A DNA stretch of 64,000 bases from assembly GCA_965208835.1 (NCBI GenBank), contig OZ242358.1, positions 4,224,001 to 4,288,000 on the forward strand, in the 5' to 3' direction. Source of the stretch: Candidatus Latescibacterota bacterium (GTDB lineage: Bacteria; Latescibacterota; UBA2968; GCA-2709665). A program made the position numbers and the translations under genes. Positions within the stretch are counted from its first letter, which is position 1. Each line of letters opens with the position of its first letter. The notes under the pieces were generated by a model that saw nothing but the letters and a program-made list of their open reading frames with translations, ran no database searches and was not told the origin of the DNA. Of this stretch, positions 18,214 to 28,415 are shown piece by piece.

Positions 18214-19638
18214 ATGGAGTCCTATATGAAATGTGTTTTTGACCTCCGTCCTTGTGCCTTCATCGTATTGGGCGCTGTTCTGTGTCTGTCTGCCATTCCC
18301 TCCGAAGCGAGTACCGCGGATGGATCCCGGATGACCCTGGAGGCGTGTCTGAGGCAGGCCCTCTCCAGCAACCGCCAGCTGCAGGCCGCCGGGTTCGCGG
18401 CGGAGAAGGCGAACTGGGACCGGCGGAACGCGTGGTCGCAGTTCGCGCCGCGGGTCAGCTTCAACACGGAGGTCACGCGGATTGACGAGCAGACGCTGGC
18501 GGAGCGGGACTTTTCCAGGTATTTCCCTCCCGAGATCCCGGTACCGCGAGTGGCGTTCCGCACCTCCTATTACTCTTCGTTCCAGGCGCATATTCCGATC
18601 TTCGACGCCGAGCTGATCAACGGCCTGTCCGTTGCAACCACCGGTCAGGCCGCGGCCGAACGGACCCGGGAAGCCATACGGGACCGGATCCTGCTCCAGG
18701 TCACGTCAGGTTACCTGGAAGTGCTGAAACGCGGCGCGATGCTCGAACTGCAGCGTGAATTCCTCGTCCTCACCGGGCTGAACGTGCAGAAGGCCGAAAG
18801 GATGCACCGCGCGGGCAGATATTCGAAGCTGGACCTGCTGCGGTGGCAGGTGGAACACCAGGGGCAGAAGAGCAGCGTGGCCGCGGGCGAGTCCGCGTTG
18901 CGCGATGCGACGGTCCGCCTGCGCAGGCTGCTCAACCTCCGTACGCTGCACGCCGATGCGCTGGCAGACCGGATCCCGGACCGGCTCGAGGCCGAGGTAA
19001 CGCGGGTGGCCGCCCTGTCTGAAGCGGAAATCCGGAAGCTTGCGGGCGTCGACAGCCGCACGCTGGTGGGCGGAAACGCCATGCTTGCGGCCGCCGAACA
19101 GGACCGCGAACGCAGCCGCCTTGTCTACCGGGGGCAGTATTCGAGCTATCTTCCCGACGTATCTCTAAGCTATTCCTCGGCCTGGAGGAGAAACGATACG
19201 CCGGCGCTGGACGAATACAGACCCTCGACGGTCATGCTCAATCTGTCGGTGCCGCTGTTCACAGGGTTCCGCAATCTCTCGCGTCTTAAGTCCGCGCAAT
19301 ACAGTTACCGCGCTCAGGAGACGCGCTTCTCCGACCTGATCGACGAAACGCGGCAGACGCTCGGCGAAACGGTCAACCGGATCGTCAATCTGAAAACCCA
19401 GCGTGAGCTGATCAGAACCAGCCTGGACTTCAACGAGAACAACTACCGGATCGTCTCCCATGAAAAAGAAATGGGGCGGGTATCGAACCTGGAGGTGATC
19501 GACGCGAAGCTCAACCTTCAGAACGCCAGATTACTTGAGATTACGACACAATTCGACCTCACCTCGGCGGTGATCGAGCTGAGCTACCTGATGGGCGGCC
19601 TCGACGATCTGGTCGAGGAAATCGTGGAGTCAGAATGA
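18214..19638 (+). CDS. TolC-family outer membrane efflux protein
   Basis: Signal peptide; LEACLRQALSSN; YLPDVSL; LNLSVPLFTG; first gene of an RND operon (start may be ATG 18226). Confidence 0.9.
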   Translation: MESYMKCVFDLRPCAFIVLGAVLCLSAIPSEASTADGSRMTLEACLRQALSSNRQLQAAGFAAEKANWDRRNAWSQFAPRVSFNTEVTRIDEQTLAERDFSRYFPPEIPVPRVAFRTSYYSSFQAHIPIFDAELINGLSVATTGQAAAERTREAIRDRILLQVTSGYLEVLKRGAMLELQREFLVLTGLNVQKAERMHRAGRYSKLDLLRWQVEHQGQKSSVAAGESALRDATVRLRRLLNLRTLHADALADRIPDRLEAEVTRVAALSEAEIRKLAGVDSRTLVGGNAMLAAAEQDRERSRLVYRGQYSSYLPDVSLSYSSAWRRNDTPALDEYRPSTVMLNLSVPLFTGFRNLSRLKSAQYSYRAQETRFSDLIDETRQTLGETVNRIVNLKTQRELIRTSLDFNENNYRIVSHEKEMGRVSNLEVIDAKLNLQNARLLEITTQFDLTSAVIELSYLMGGLDDLVEEIVESE

Positions 19639-20744
19639 AATACAGGGATGTAGTCATCTGCGCCGGACTCGCGTTCTGCTTATACGTGATTTCGTGCGCA
19701 CCGCAGAAGGACGCCGATTCCGGCGTAACGGCCGACTCCGGCGTGGATACGGTGCGGGCGGTCCCGGTCAGGGCCAGGGTTGTACAGCAAGAACACGTTG
19801 AAGAGGCCGTTGAGGTCACCGGCGTGATCGCGCCGCACCGGGCGGTGGACGTGGTTGCGGAGGCCGGCGGCCGGTTGATACGCGTACCGGCTGGTCTGGG
19901 GCATCGCGTGACGGCGGGCGATACCCTCGCCGTAATCGACGACCGCGTGGCCGCAAGCCGGCTGGAACACGCGAAGGCGCAGGTCCTCTCCGCGCGGAAC
20001 AAGCTGAAGATCGCGCGGCTGAATTTCGAGAGCGACCGTCAACTCCTCGATTCGGGGGACATTTCCAGGCTGGCGTTCGAGACGTCCCGGTTTGCCGTCA
20101 AATCCGCGGAAGCCGAACTGAAATCGAACCAGGCGGAGCTGAGCCGCGCCCGGAAGGGATTTGAAGACACGCGGCTGACCAGCCCGATCGACGGATGGGT
20201 ATCCAGGAAGCACATCGAACTGGGCGCGATGATGTCGGTCGGCAAGGCAGCGTACCGGGTGGTCGATCTGACAACGATGAAGATCAAGCTCGGCATCCCT
20301 CAGACGGCCATCGGCCGCGTTACGCCGGGTGGGTCAGTACGCATCACCGTCGACGCGCTGGGAGGCCGGACCTTCGATGGGCACGTCCGTTACGTTTCCC
20401 CCCAGGCCGAGGAGGATACAGGCGCGTTTCCCGTGGAAGTCCACCTGCCGAATACGCCCGGCATGACCATTCGTGCGGGAATGGCGGCCCGTTGCCGGGT
20501 GATTCTGGGGGGTTCAGGCCTTCAGTTCGTCGTTCCCGGAAACGCTGTGGTCGCCAGGGACGGCAAAGCGTACGTCTATCGGATCTGGGACGGCATTGCG
20601 CGGCTCACCGAGGTGGAAACGCGGGAAACCTTCGGCGCCCACGTCGCCGTGGAAGCGGGCCTCGAGGAGGGGGATTCAATCGTCGTGGAAGGCATGAACC
20701 GCCTGGGCGCCGCAACGCATGTGACCGTTCGCCCCGTACAGTGA
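19635..20744 (+). CDS. RND efflux periplasmic adaptor (MFP)
   Basis: Lipoyl-like GHRVTAGDTLAVID; TRLTSPIDG; GLEEGDSIVVEG. Confidence 0.92.
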   Translation: MKYRDVVICAGLAFCLYVISCAPQKDADSGVTADSGVDTVRAVPVRARVVQQEHVEEAVEVTGVIAPHRAVDVVAEAGGRLIRVPAGLGHRVTAGDTLAVIDDRVAASRLEHAKAQVLSARNKLKIARLNFESDRQLLDSGDISRLAFETSRFAVKSAEAELKSNQAELSRARKGFEDTRLTSPIDGWVSRKHIELGAMMSVGKAAYRVVDLTTMKIKLGIPQTAIGRVTPGGSVRITVDALGGRTFDGHVRYVSPQAEEDTGAFPVEVHLPNTPGMTIRAGMAARCRVILGGSGLQFVVPGNAVVARDGKAYVYRIWDGIARLTEVETRETFGAHVAVEAGLEEGDSIVVEGMNRLGAATHVTVRPVQ

Positions 20745-20779
20745 GTATAATGCGAGTCGAAGGGTGAGGCACTCCTGAT

Positions 20780-23700
20780 ATGTCGATAGCGAAATTTTCA
20801 GTCCGAAATCCGGTTTTTGTGAACCTGGTCATGGTCGGACTGTTCTGCTTTGGCGCCATCAGTCTCGTCAGCATGCCGCAGGAATTGAACCCTCAGATTG
20901 ACTTCAACTGGGTGATTGTCTCGATTCCGTACCCGGGCGCGAGTCCTGAAGAGGTGGAGAGCCTGATAGTAGAACCTGTCGAAGCGGAGATCCACGATCT
21001 GGACAAGCTCCATGAACTGCAGTCCTCTGCGGCCGAAGGGCTGGCCCTGTTCCTGATCAAATTCGAAGACATGTCGGAGTCGGAATTCAGGGAGATCTAC
21101 ACGGACCTCAAGGCGCGTATCGACAGGGTGGACCTTCCGGAAGAGGCCGAGGACCCGGACGTGGACGACTTCGACAGCGGCGATTTCCTGCCCATTCTCA
21201 CGGTCAACATGGCATATACGATTCCGGAAGAGAACGCGCAGATTGTCGCTGAGGATCTCGAAGAGGACCTGAAGAACATATCGGGTGTCGCCAGGAGCCA
21301 GGTTTCCGGCCTTCCCGAGCGTGAAATCTGGATCGAGGTGGACCCCACCAGGCTGACTGCCCGCGGTCTGTCGGTCCTGGACGTGGTCCGGGCGCTGCAG
21401 GCGAGGAACCTGAACGTGCCCGGGGGTACCCTCACCTACCGTGCAAAGGAATACGCGATCCGGTCCCTGGCCGAGTACCGGAGCGTGGAGGAGATTCGCG
21501 AGACGATCATCCGGGCGGCGCCGGGCGGGGAGACCGTAAGAATCCGTGACGTCGCGAGGGTCAGGGACCGCCGCGAAGAGCCCAGGGTGCTTTCCCGGCT
21601 GAACGGCGAACCTTCAATCACCTTCTCTTTGTCGAAGACGACCGACGCCAATACGAACGACGTCATCCTGGCCGTCAAGGAAACGGTCAGCCGCTATGAG
21701 GAACGGGTACCGGACGGAATCAGCTTCAGCTTTACCGACGACAATTCCGTGTACATCAACCGGGTGATCGTGGCGCTCCGGAACAACGCAATCACCGGGA
21801 TGATCCTCATATCACTCGTTCTATGGCTCTTCCTGGGGTCCTGGAACGCCTTCCTCGCGACGCTCGGCATACCCATCTCATTCTTTATTACCTTCATCCT
21901 TTTGAGCTTTTCCGGTTACACCATCAACGGGAGCACGCTGTTCGCCATGGTGATGGTGCTGGGCATCATCGTGGATGACGCCATCATCGTGATCGAGAAC
22001 TGTCACCGGTACCGGCTGCAGGGACACAGCGCCAGCGAATCCGCGGTCCTCGGGACGAACGAGGTGACAAAGCCGATCCTCAGTTCGGTGGGCACCAACG
22101 TCGCCGCGTTCCTTCCGTTGATCCTTCTGCCGGACGTGATGGGCAAGTTCATGCGAGTCATCCCGCTGACCTTCGCGCTGGCGCTGGCCGCCTCCGTATT
22201 CGAGGCGTTCGTCCTTCTGCCCTCCCACTATGCGGAATGGACCCGGCGGTCCAATGCCCACAAGCGGGGGGAACAGCCGTTCTTCAGGAGGCTCCGCAGG
22301 ATCTACAGTCGTCTGCTGGTCCGTACGCTGCGGCGGCGCTACTGGGTCATCGGATGCCTCGTCGCCGTGCTGGCCGGCGCTGTGATGCTCATCCCGCTTC
22401 TCGGGGTGGATTTCTATTCCGGCGAGGAATTCGACGCGTTCAAGGTACTCATCAAGTTCCCTGAAGGAACCAGCCTGGAGGAGTCGGACCGCGTCACCCG
22501 CGCCTACGAGGCAGAGGCGCTCCGGCTTTCCGACGAGGACGTCGCGGGCGTGGTCACCAACGTCGGCCTGCTGCAGAGCAACACCGAGTGGGTGACCCGA
22601 AAGAGCGTCTCCCAGGTCATCGTTCAGCTTCGGCCCAGGGAAGAGCGCGCGAGAGTTTCGGACGACCTGATCGCCGTGCTCCGGAAGCGCACGGAGCACA
22701 TCGCCGGACCCGCGTCCGTTGTCTTCGAAAAATTCACCGGCGGACCCCCTGAAGGCAAGCCCATTTCGGTGAAGGTTCAGGGCCGCTATCTCGATCGCAT
22801 GAAGGAAGCGGCGCTTGCGCTTCAGGACTCGCTGCGCCGGATCCCGGGCACGCTCGAGATAACAGACGACTTCCCGCCGGGCAAGGACGCGATCCGGATC
22901 GAAGTGGACGAAGTGCGCGCGGCCCTGTACGGGTTCTCGGCGCAGGAGGTCGCCCTGAACGTCCGATACGCGTTCGACGGCGTGGAGGCGACGAAATTCA
23001 GGGACGGAGACGAAGAGGTTGGCGTCATCGTGCAGTACGACCGGAAGGAACGGTCGGCTGTAGAAGACGTGCTGAACGTGCAGGTAACGAACTCGAGCGG
23101 CAGCACGGTGGCGCTGCGGGACATGGTCTCGTTCTCGATCGGCCCGGGCCGGACGCAGATTCAGCGCTTCGACCAGAAGCGGACCATCTTCGTCACCGGG
23201 GAAGTCGATGAGGCCGAAACGTCACTGGATCAGATCAACGCCAGAATGCTCGAGATCTTTCCTTCGATCGAGGCGCACTACTCCGACGTGAGCTTCGTGA
23301 TCGGGGGCGAATTCACGGATTTCATGGAAGCGTTCGAAGATATCGCGGCTCTTTTCGTCATCAGCGTGATCCTGATGTTTGTGATTCTCGGGTCGCAGTT
23401 CAACTCGTACGCGCAGCCGCTGGTCATCCTGACTGCAGTGCCGTTCGCGATCATCGGCGCGCTGCTCGGCCTACTGATTTCGGGGAATCCGTTCAGTCTG
23501 ACCGCAATGTTCGGGTTTGTCGGGCTGGCGGGTATTGTTGTAAACGACGCCATTGTCATGGTCGCATTCATCAACAGGCGACGCCGAAAGGACGGCTCCG
23601 TGACGAACATCTGGCGGAGCATCGTCAACGCGGGACGACTGAGGCTGCGACCGATCATCCTGACGTCGGTAACGACGATATCGGGCCTGCTGCCCATGGC

Positions 23701-23890
23701 GATCGGCATCGGAGGGAAGTCGGCCCTCTGGTCGCCGCTGGCAAACGTCATCCTTTTCGGATTGCTGGTTTCGACAATCCTGACGTTATTTGTCATCCCG
23801 TGCTTCATGGCGGCACTGGACGACATCAAACGCGTGCGAAGAAAAGCGCGGCAGAGGGCGGATCGACCAGGTATTGAAACGCCTGCGTAA
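20780..23890 (+). CDS. RND efflux permease (AcrB/AcrD/AcrF family)
   Basis: YPGASPEEVE, GIIVDDAIIVIEN, GIVVNDAI, RLRPIILT; 1036 aa. Confidence 0.96.
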   Translation: MSIAKFSVRNPVFVNLVMVGLFCFGAISLVSMPQELNPQIDFNWVIVSIPYPGASPEEVESLIVEPVEAEIHDLDKLHELQSSAAEGLALFLIKFEDMSESEFREIYTDLKARIDRVDLPEEAEDPDVDDFDSGDFLPILTVNMAYTIPEENAQIVAEDLEEDLKNISGVARSQVSGLPEREIWIEVDPTRLTARGLSVLDVVRALQARNLNVPGGTLTYRAKEYAIRSLAEYRSVEEIRETIIRAAPGGETVRIRDVARVRDRREEPRVLSRLNGEPSITFSLSKTTDANTNDVILAVKETVSRYEERVPDGISFSFTDDNSVYINRVIVALRNNAITGMILISLVLWLFLGSWNAFLATLGIPISFFITFILLSFSGYTINGSTLFAMVMVLGIIVDDAIIVIENCHRYRLQGHSASESAVLGTNEVTKPILSSVGTNVAAFLPLILLPDVMGKFMRVIPLTFALALAASVFEAFVLLPSHYAEWTRRSNAHKRGEQPFFRRLRRIYSRLLVRTLRRRYWVIGCLVAVLAGAVMLIPLLGVDFYSGEEFDAFKVLIKFPEGTSLEESDRVTRAYEAEALRLSDEDVAGVVTNVGLLQSNTEWVTRKSVSQVIVQLRPREERARVSDDLIAVLRKRTEHIAGPASVVFEKFTGGPPEGKPISVKVQGRYLDRMKEAALALQDSLRRIPGTLEITDDFPPGKDAIRIEVDEVRAALYGFSAQEVALNVRYAFDGVEATKFRDGDEEVGVIVQYDRKERSAVEDVLNVQVTNSSGSTVALRDMVSFSIGPGRTQIQRFDQKRTIFVTGEVDEAETSLDQINARMLEIFPSIEAHYSDVSFVIGGEFTDFMEAFEDIAALFVISVILMFVILGSQFNSYAQPLVILTAVPFAIIGALLGLLISGNPFSLTAMFGFVGLAGIVVNDAIVMVAFINRRRRKDGSVTNIWRSIVNAGRLRLRPIILTSVTTISGLLPMAIGIGGKSALWSPLANVILFGLLVSTILTLFVIPCFMAALDDIKRVRRKARQRADRPGIETPA

Positions 23891-23944
23891 CGGCTGTTGG
23901 AATCGTATCGTCGGCAACAGAGTGGCGTCCGATGCGGGACGATC

Positions 23945-25306
23945 TCACTTTTCGTACCTCGACCAGAAGCTTGTTTTTCGACCGTGGTTCTCTCGCAGTA
24001 CCTGCGTGTACTCACGATGAGGCGAAATATTCCTCCAGTCATGGATCCGGAGATCGAGTGTATCCAGTTTCTTTAGATAACGCACACCGTGAGTGTAGTA
24101 TTTGGACTTACCCCGCCTAAGGATAGAATCCAGGAGTGCGCGGTAGAGAACACTTGCCGTGACCCATCGCCTGCTCGCTTCCATGTGATCCGCCAATGGC
24201 AGAAGGCTTGTATAGTAATCGCCATCAATCAGTTCCCTTCTATCCAGCAAGTAGGATTCAGCCTCGTCAAGATGATTGATTTCAATCAAAAACGTCGCGT
24301 CTGAATAGGAAAGGTGGTCGGATTCAAGGATGGCTTGAATCTCACCCTCGATCACCTGATCGCGCAGGTCTTCACCGATTGCATCCAGAAGACATGCGAG
24401 GGTATGTTCGGTGCGATCACGACGGAATATGCGCCAGGCGACGCTCTCCAATTTCTCCTGGTCGCCGATTGTCTTGTATATGGTCAACAACAGGTCGTCT
24501 TGTTCGTGAACTTTGAAATGGTCTCTATTCGGAATCCTGCGAAGCCATTTCAGCGCCGTTTGCGCGTCTCCTGTTTCGAGATAGATCCGGGCAATGTCAA
24601 TACAGGCGGCCGCGGAGAGTTCGGGCCAAAGAGCCAATCGGGCTTTCTCGTAGAGTGGTGCATCTTTCATCTGACGCGCAAGGTTTTCAACGCCTGAAAT
24701 CCAGTGCAGGGTTCTGTCTTCGTCAGTCTCCTTTCTGGACAGATCCCACAGACGATCTACCATACTTCGCATTGCCTCGTCGGGCAAATACTCCGACGCG
24801 CATTGAAACAGTGTATCACGAACCCCGTACTCATCCTCCCTGTTTAATTCCAGAACCAGATCTGTTATCTCCTCTTTGTCGTCGCAGTTGGCGGCAAACG
24901 AAACAAACAGATTGCTGGCGTCAATCCGAAATATGTCACCAATGTTGCCGTAAGAATCGTCACATTGCCTGAAAATCGCGTCATCCGCTTTGTAGAATTC
25001 AACCACCAGCCTTACGCCCATCAGGTAGTCGTGGATTCCTGCCCGTAGATCCTGGAGCAGACCTCTGAGTTCATCAGCGAAAGCAAACGACGCGCCGCGA
25101 CCCAGAAAACGGCGGCGGCGTTTGATCCCGGCCAACTTTGCCTTGAAGCGTTTGGTATTCTCTTGTGGAGTCGCCGTCAACCGCTTGACGATCGCTTCTG
25201 CATCTCGATGCCGGTCTGCAAGATTCAACAGGACATCCGTGAGACGTTCCGGTCCCAGTTCTATCAGCCGGTTTCTCGTATCTGTATTCTTCTTTTTGTC
25301 GTGCAT
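23945..25306 (-). CDS. Conserved hypothetical helical protein (DUF6880-like)
   Basis: Likely start MHDKKK; LIELGPERLTDVLL, QCDDSYG, C-terminal KYYTHGVRYLKKL...HGRKTSFW. The longer ORF start lies in repeats. Confidence 0.7.
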   Translation of the reverse strand: MHDKKKNTDTRNRLIELGPERLTDVLLNLADRHRDAEAIVKRLTATPQENTKRFKAKLAGIKRRRRFLGRGASFAFADELRGLLQDLRAGIHDYLMGVRLVVEFYKADDAIFRQCDDSYGNIGDIFRIDASNLFVSFAANCDDKEEITDLVLELNREDEYGVRDTLFQCASEYLPDEAMRSMVDRLWDLSRKETDEDRTLHWISGVENLARQMKDAPLYEKARLALWPELSAAACIDIARIYLETGDAQTALKWLRRIPNRDHFKVHEQDDLLLTIYKTIGDQEKLESVAWRIFRRDRTEHTLACLLDAIGEDLRDQVIEGEIQAILESDHLSYSDATFLIEINHLDEAESYLLDRRELIDGDYYTSLLPLADHMEASRRWVTASVLYRALLDSILRRGKSKYYTHGVRYLKKLDTLDLRIHDWRNISPHREYTQVLRENHGRKTSFWSRYEK

Positions 25307-25390
25307 GGTCACACCTGTCCGAAAACGGGTCTGATTCACTACGAAAGTCGCGAAAATGCGCGAAATGTATCCTTCACACTTTAGCCCGAA

Positions 25391-25818
25391 TGTTATGCAG
25401 AGGACTTGCCCTGAGCCTGTCGAAGGGTGCCGAAAGGCTGGCCAGGCGTCCGCGCACAGGTTCGTCTTCAATGGGCATGTGCTACACGTCCAATCGAGAA
25501 TACGGGAGATTCTTCGACTCCGCTCAGAATGACATGTTTTGCAATAGCCACTGGTGAAACGCTTAGCCCACACCTTCGCCAAAACTGTCATCCAGAGGAC
25601 TTGCACTGAGCCCGTCGAAGTGGCCTGCGTACGACGTCGGCGAAACACGTCTGTTACACGTAAGAGCACACTGTAATGCAGAGCAGGCCGACGAAGGATC
25701 TACTGCAGCATGGGATCATCCCGTTCGGTTTGCACGTTTCGATGCCTGAGAGGCAGCACGTCCGCCCCTTCGCGGCACGGAAGCGGTGAAAGATGCTTCG
25801 ACTCTGCTCAGAATGGCA
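25391..25818. repeat. Cluster of REP-like units (GCCCTGAGCCTGTCGAAGGG, GATTCTTCGACTCCGCTCAGAATGAC, GGCCGACGAAGGATCTACTGCAGCAT)
   Basis: Reverse-complement matches to 60515-60588 and to the 14.9/17.9 kb units. Confidence 0.75.
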
Positions 25819-26058
25819 TGTATTGCAACAAACGTGAACCCATGGCAACCTGGTTTTCGTTATCGGGGTCAAACCCGCACATAATCGCCAATCGAATCCA
25901 CTCTTCGAACTTCATCTCCAGGAATCCCACGATTCTTGGACAGCAGTGGTGCGTGGTGTTTTCCAAAGCTTGTCCATTGACGTCTGAGTTGCTGCCCGCG
26001 GCTTTACCATCTTCAATATAGCGTCCATCTCACATAGAGACAAGGATCCGTGTTGTAA

Positions 26059-26220
26059 GAAGCTGTTTTAAAATTACCGGTGAGTTCCCGAGCGCGAGCG
26101 AAAAAGTGGCGGTCAAGGCGGGAAAACCCGCCCATATTTGTCTATACGGGTGGGTTTGACCAACGCCGACCGGCGCTTTTGCAGTCGCGCGAAGACCGCT
26201 GGGAATTTTAAGACAGCTTC
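26059..26220. mobile_element. MITE copy 1 (TIR GAAGCTGTyTTAAAATT), 3-bp TSD TAA
   Basis: TAA|GAAGCTG...CAGCTTC|TAA; homologous to 45455-45640 and 51559-51744. Confidence 0.88.
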
Positions 26221-26633
26221 TAAGTTCCTGAATCGACGATCGGTCTTGTGCTTTTTTGTTTTTCACCGCAAGACGAGAGAGTTCAAATCGCGGTTAGGCG
26301 GAATTGGTCGAGACGTACACGGGACGCCGCCACGACGCTGGGATTCACCTGTCAACACCGACGCTAAGAAGCGCACCGCGAAGACTCAGTGCGGCTATAA
26401 TTCCGGTTAAATTGGACTTTTCACCAGCTTGCGTATATTTTAATCCAGACTCCAGGCATACCGGCGGTCTCAGAACTCGTCTGCGTGATGCGATTCAATA
26501 TTGATGCATGGTGGAATGGCCTCACGGTCGGCACGTGATCAGGCGACGGACCGGCGTTCACTTTAATAAACATCAGGGAAATCGAAGGCTGACTGCGGAA
26601 ATTTAGATTCACGTTATTGCGAGGTTGGATAAC

Positions 26634-26855
26634 ATGCATAACAGAGCGACCGACGTTCCGGCTCAAGAGACGCCGATTTCACAGTCATTTTGGAAATCGC
26701 CGTCAATACAGGAGTTGGCGCGTTCCCAAAACGTGCAGCCAATGGCGAACGTAAGGACGCTGTTCGGAACCTGGTCGGACGAGGAAAACGACGGGTTCGA
26801 GGCTGCTATCGACGAACTGCGACGTCGTGACGTCAAGACTGGTACTCGGCCATGA
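26634..26855 (+). CDS. Small hypothetical protein, possible orphan antitoxin
   Basis: GAGG RBS; FWKSPSIQELARSQNVQP...LFGTWSDEENDGFEAAIDELRR resembles small proteins found upstream of PIN toxins. Confidence 0.5.
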   Translation: MHNRATDVPAQETPISQSFWKSPSIQELARSQNVQPMANVRTLFGTWSDEENDGFEAAIDELRRRDVKTGTRP

Positions 26856-26964
26856 GCGGACCCTGGGTTATCCGCAATACGAATATCAGCAGAAAAACCC
26901 GTTTGCAATAGAACCATTTCAGGGAAATCGATGGCAAGACCACCGAAGTGGAAGGGAGGCCAAA

Positions 26965-27858
26965 TTGGCACTGTCAGAAGCGGAAATGAGACAATACGAG
27001 GAACAGGGCGCCGTCACTGTCGACAGCCCGTTTACAACCGCCGAGCTCAACCGGGCCGAAGCCGCGTGGGACCGTCTTACGGAAAGCGGGCGTCCGTTCT
27101 ACGAAGAACCGGACTACCTTGACGTCTTCCAGCACCCCTACTTCGAGGAAGTGGCCCTGGACGTTCTGCGGGCTAACGCCGTACATCTGTGGTGGGGCGT
27201 GTCCCCCCACGGCCGTTCCCCAGCCAAAGCGCCTTTCGGGAGCGTGCGAGACCAGTGGGCCGGAGGATGCCACACCGACATCCAGGCCACGTGGGACGAC
27301 TTCCAGGCGACGCCCCGCAGGATGCGCGCCGAGCTCTGGTTCTGGCTCAACGACGTGCCGGAGCATCGCGGCGCGATGCGCATACTTCCAGGCAGTCACC
27401 GGCCCATCATGGAATACTGGAACCGTGTCCTGACTCCGGAGCATAAGGCTATGCTGCCTCGCGTTCACGGCGTGCGCCCGGATCCTCCGGAAGGCGCGCC
27501 GGCTTATCCGGAGCATGTCCCCGATCTGACTGATTCGCCCTGGCTGGAGCAGGAACCGACACCCATGGTGGCGCGCAGGGGGCAGTTGCTGATTCTGTGC
27601 AGTTCCGGCCTGCACTCGGCCTGGCAGAATGAGGACACGGTTCCTCGAAAAGCAATGCTCTCGGCCTGGGCACCCTCCGGCGTTCCGTGCGGACTCCCGA
27701 ACGGCCAGCGCGACGCGCTGATGGATTTCTTCCCGAAGCTGCGTCGAAACCTGCGGGCCGACCGGGCGCACATCGTTCCGGAGGACTTCGACTGGCTCTT
27801 CGAGTCCAACTACGAGCCGAAGTGGCCCGAGACGTTTATCGGGACTTCGACCGGATAA
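26965..27858 (+). CDS. Phytanoyl-CoA dioxygenase (PhyH) family 2OG-Fe(II) enzyme
   Basis: YEEQG, CHTD, WLNDV..HRGAMRILPGSH, LHSAWQN...RKA; TTG start after GGGAGG. Confidence 0.85.
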   Translation: MALSEAEMRQYEEQGAVTVDSPFTTAELNRAEAAWDRLTESGRPFYEEPDYLDVFQHPYFEEVALDVLRANAVHLWWGVSPHGRSPAKAPFGSVRDQWAGGCHTDIQATWDDFQATPRRMRAELWFWLNDVPEHRGAMRILPGSHRPIMEYWNRVLTPEHKAMLPRVHGVRPDPPEGAPAYPEHVPDLTDSPWLEQEPTPMVARRGQLLILCSSGLHSAWQNEDTVPRKAMLSAWAPSGVPCGLPNGQRDALMDFFPKLRRNLRADRAHIVPEDFDWLFESNYEPKWPETFIGTSTG

Positions 27859-27866
27859 CACAAACT

Positions 27867-28081
27867 TACATGGATGGACAGGATAAACAGGATGAAAGTC
27901 AAAATCGACCAGGATTAAGCAGGATTAAAAACCAGAGGCGGAATTGAGCAGGATTTGAAACAAAAAGCAACATCAAGACCTGCCGCAGGAAAAGGGCCAA
28001 AACCGACCAGGATTAGGCAGGATTTGAAACAAAGAGCAGGGTCAAAACCGATCGCGATGGACAGGATAAAAAACCAGGATT
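27867..28081 (+). repeat. CAGGAT-rich repeat cluster (CCGACCAGGATTArGCAGGATT family)
   Basis: Units near 27902 and 27999; further copy at 35118-35155. Confidence 0.7.
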
Positions 28082-28156
28082 GGGATCACACCTGGCACGA
28101 GCGTGGTGCGATCGACGGCAATCAGCCCTCTTTCGCGGCACGACACACCGATATCC

Positions 28157-28303
28157 GGAGCGAGGGCATCCCTGCCCTCGAACTTCGAGTAACCGACGGA
28201 TTTCCACATCAAGGGCTAATTGCTTCCCAACCGAAACCACGTCTGGAATGACGGCGCGAAGACCATTCCTATTCGCCGTCGAGGGCAGGGATGCCCTCGC
28301 TCC
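28157..28303. repeat. REPIN-like perfect 25-bp inverted repeat (GGAGCGAGGGCATCCCTGCCCTCGA), 97-nt spacer
   Basis: Arms 28157-28181 and 28279-28303; each arm is itself a hairpin. Confidence 0.85.
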
Positions 28304-28415
28304 CGGGAACGCCGACAGGATTAGAAACAAGGAGTGGGGTCACGCCGGTCCAAAATCGTCTTATCCGAGTATTTTTGGACAGCAGTGAGACCGGATAACA
28401 CCAGGAGGAAGCAGG

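Noticed and set aside
25307-25669. N-terminal extension of the 574-aa ORF 23945-25669
   Set aside because: Runs through REP repeats; the plausible start is ATG 25306.
26290-26345. GGCGGAATTGGTCGAGACG resembling a tRNA D-arm
   Set aside because: No anticodon stem, T-arm or acceptor pairing found.
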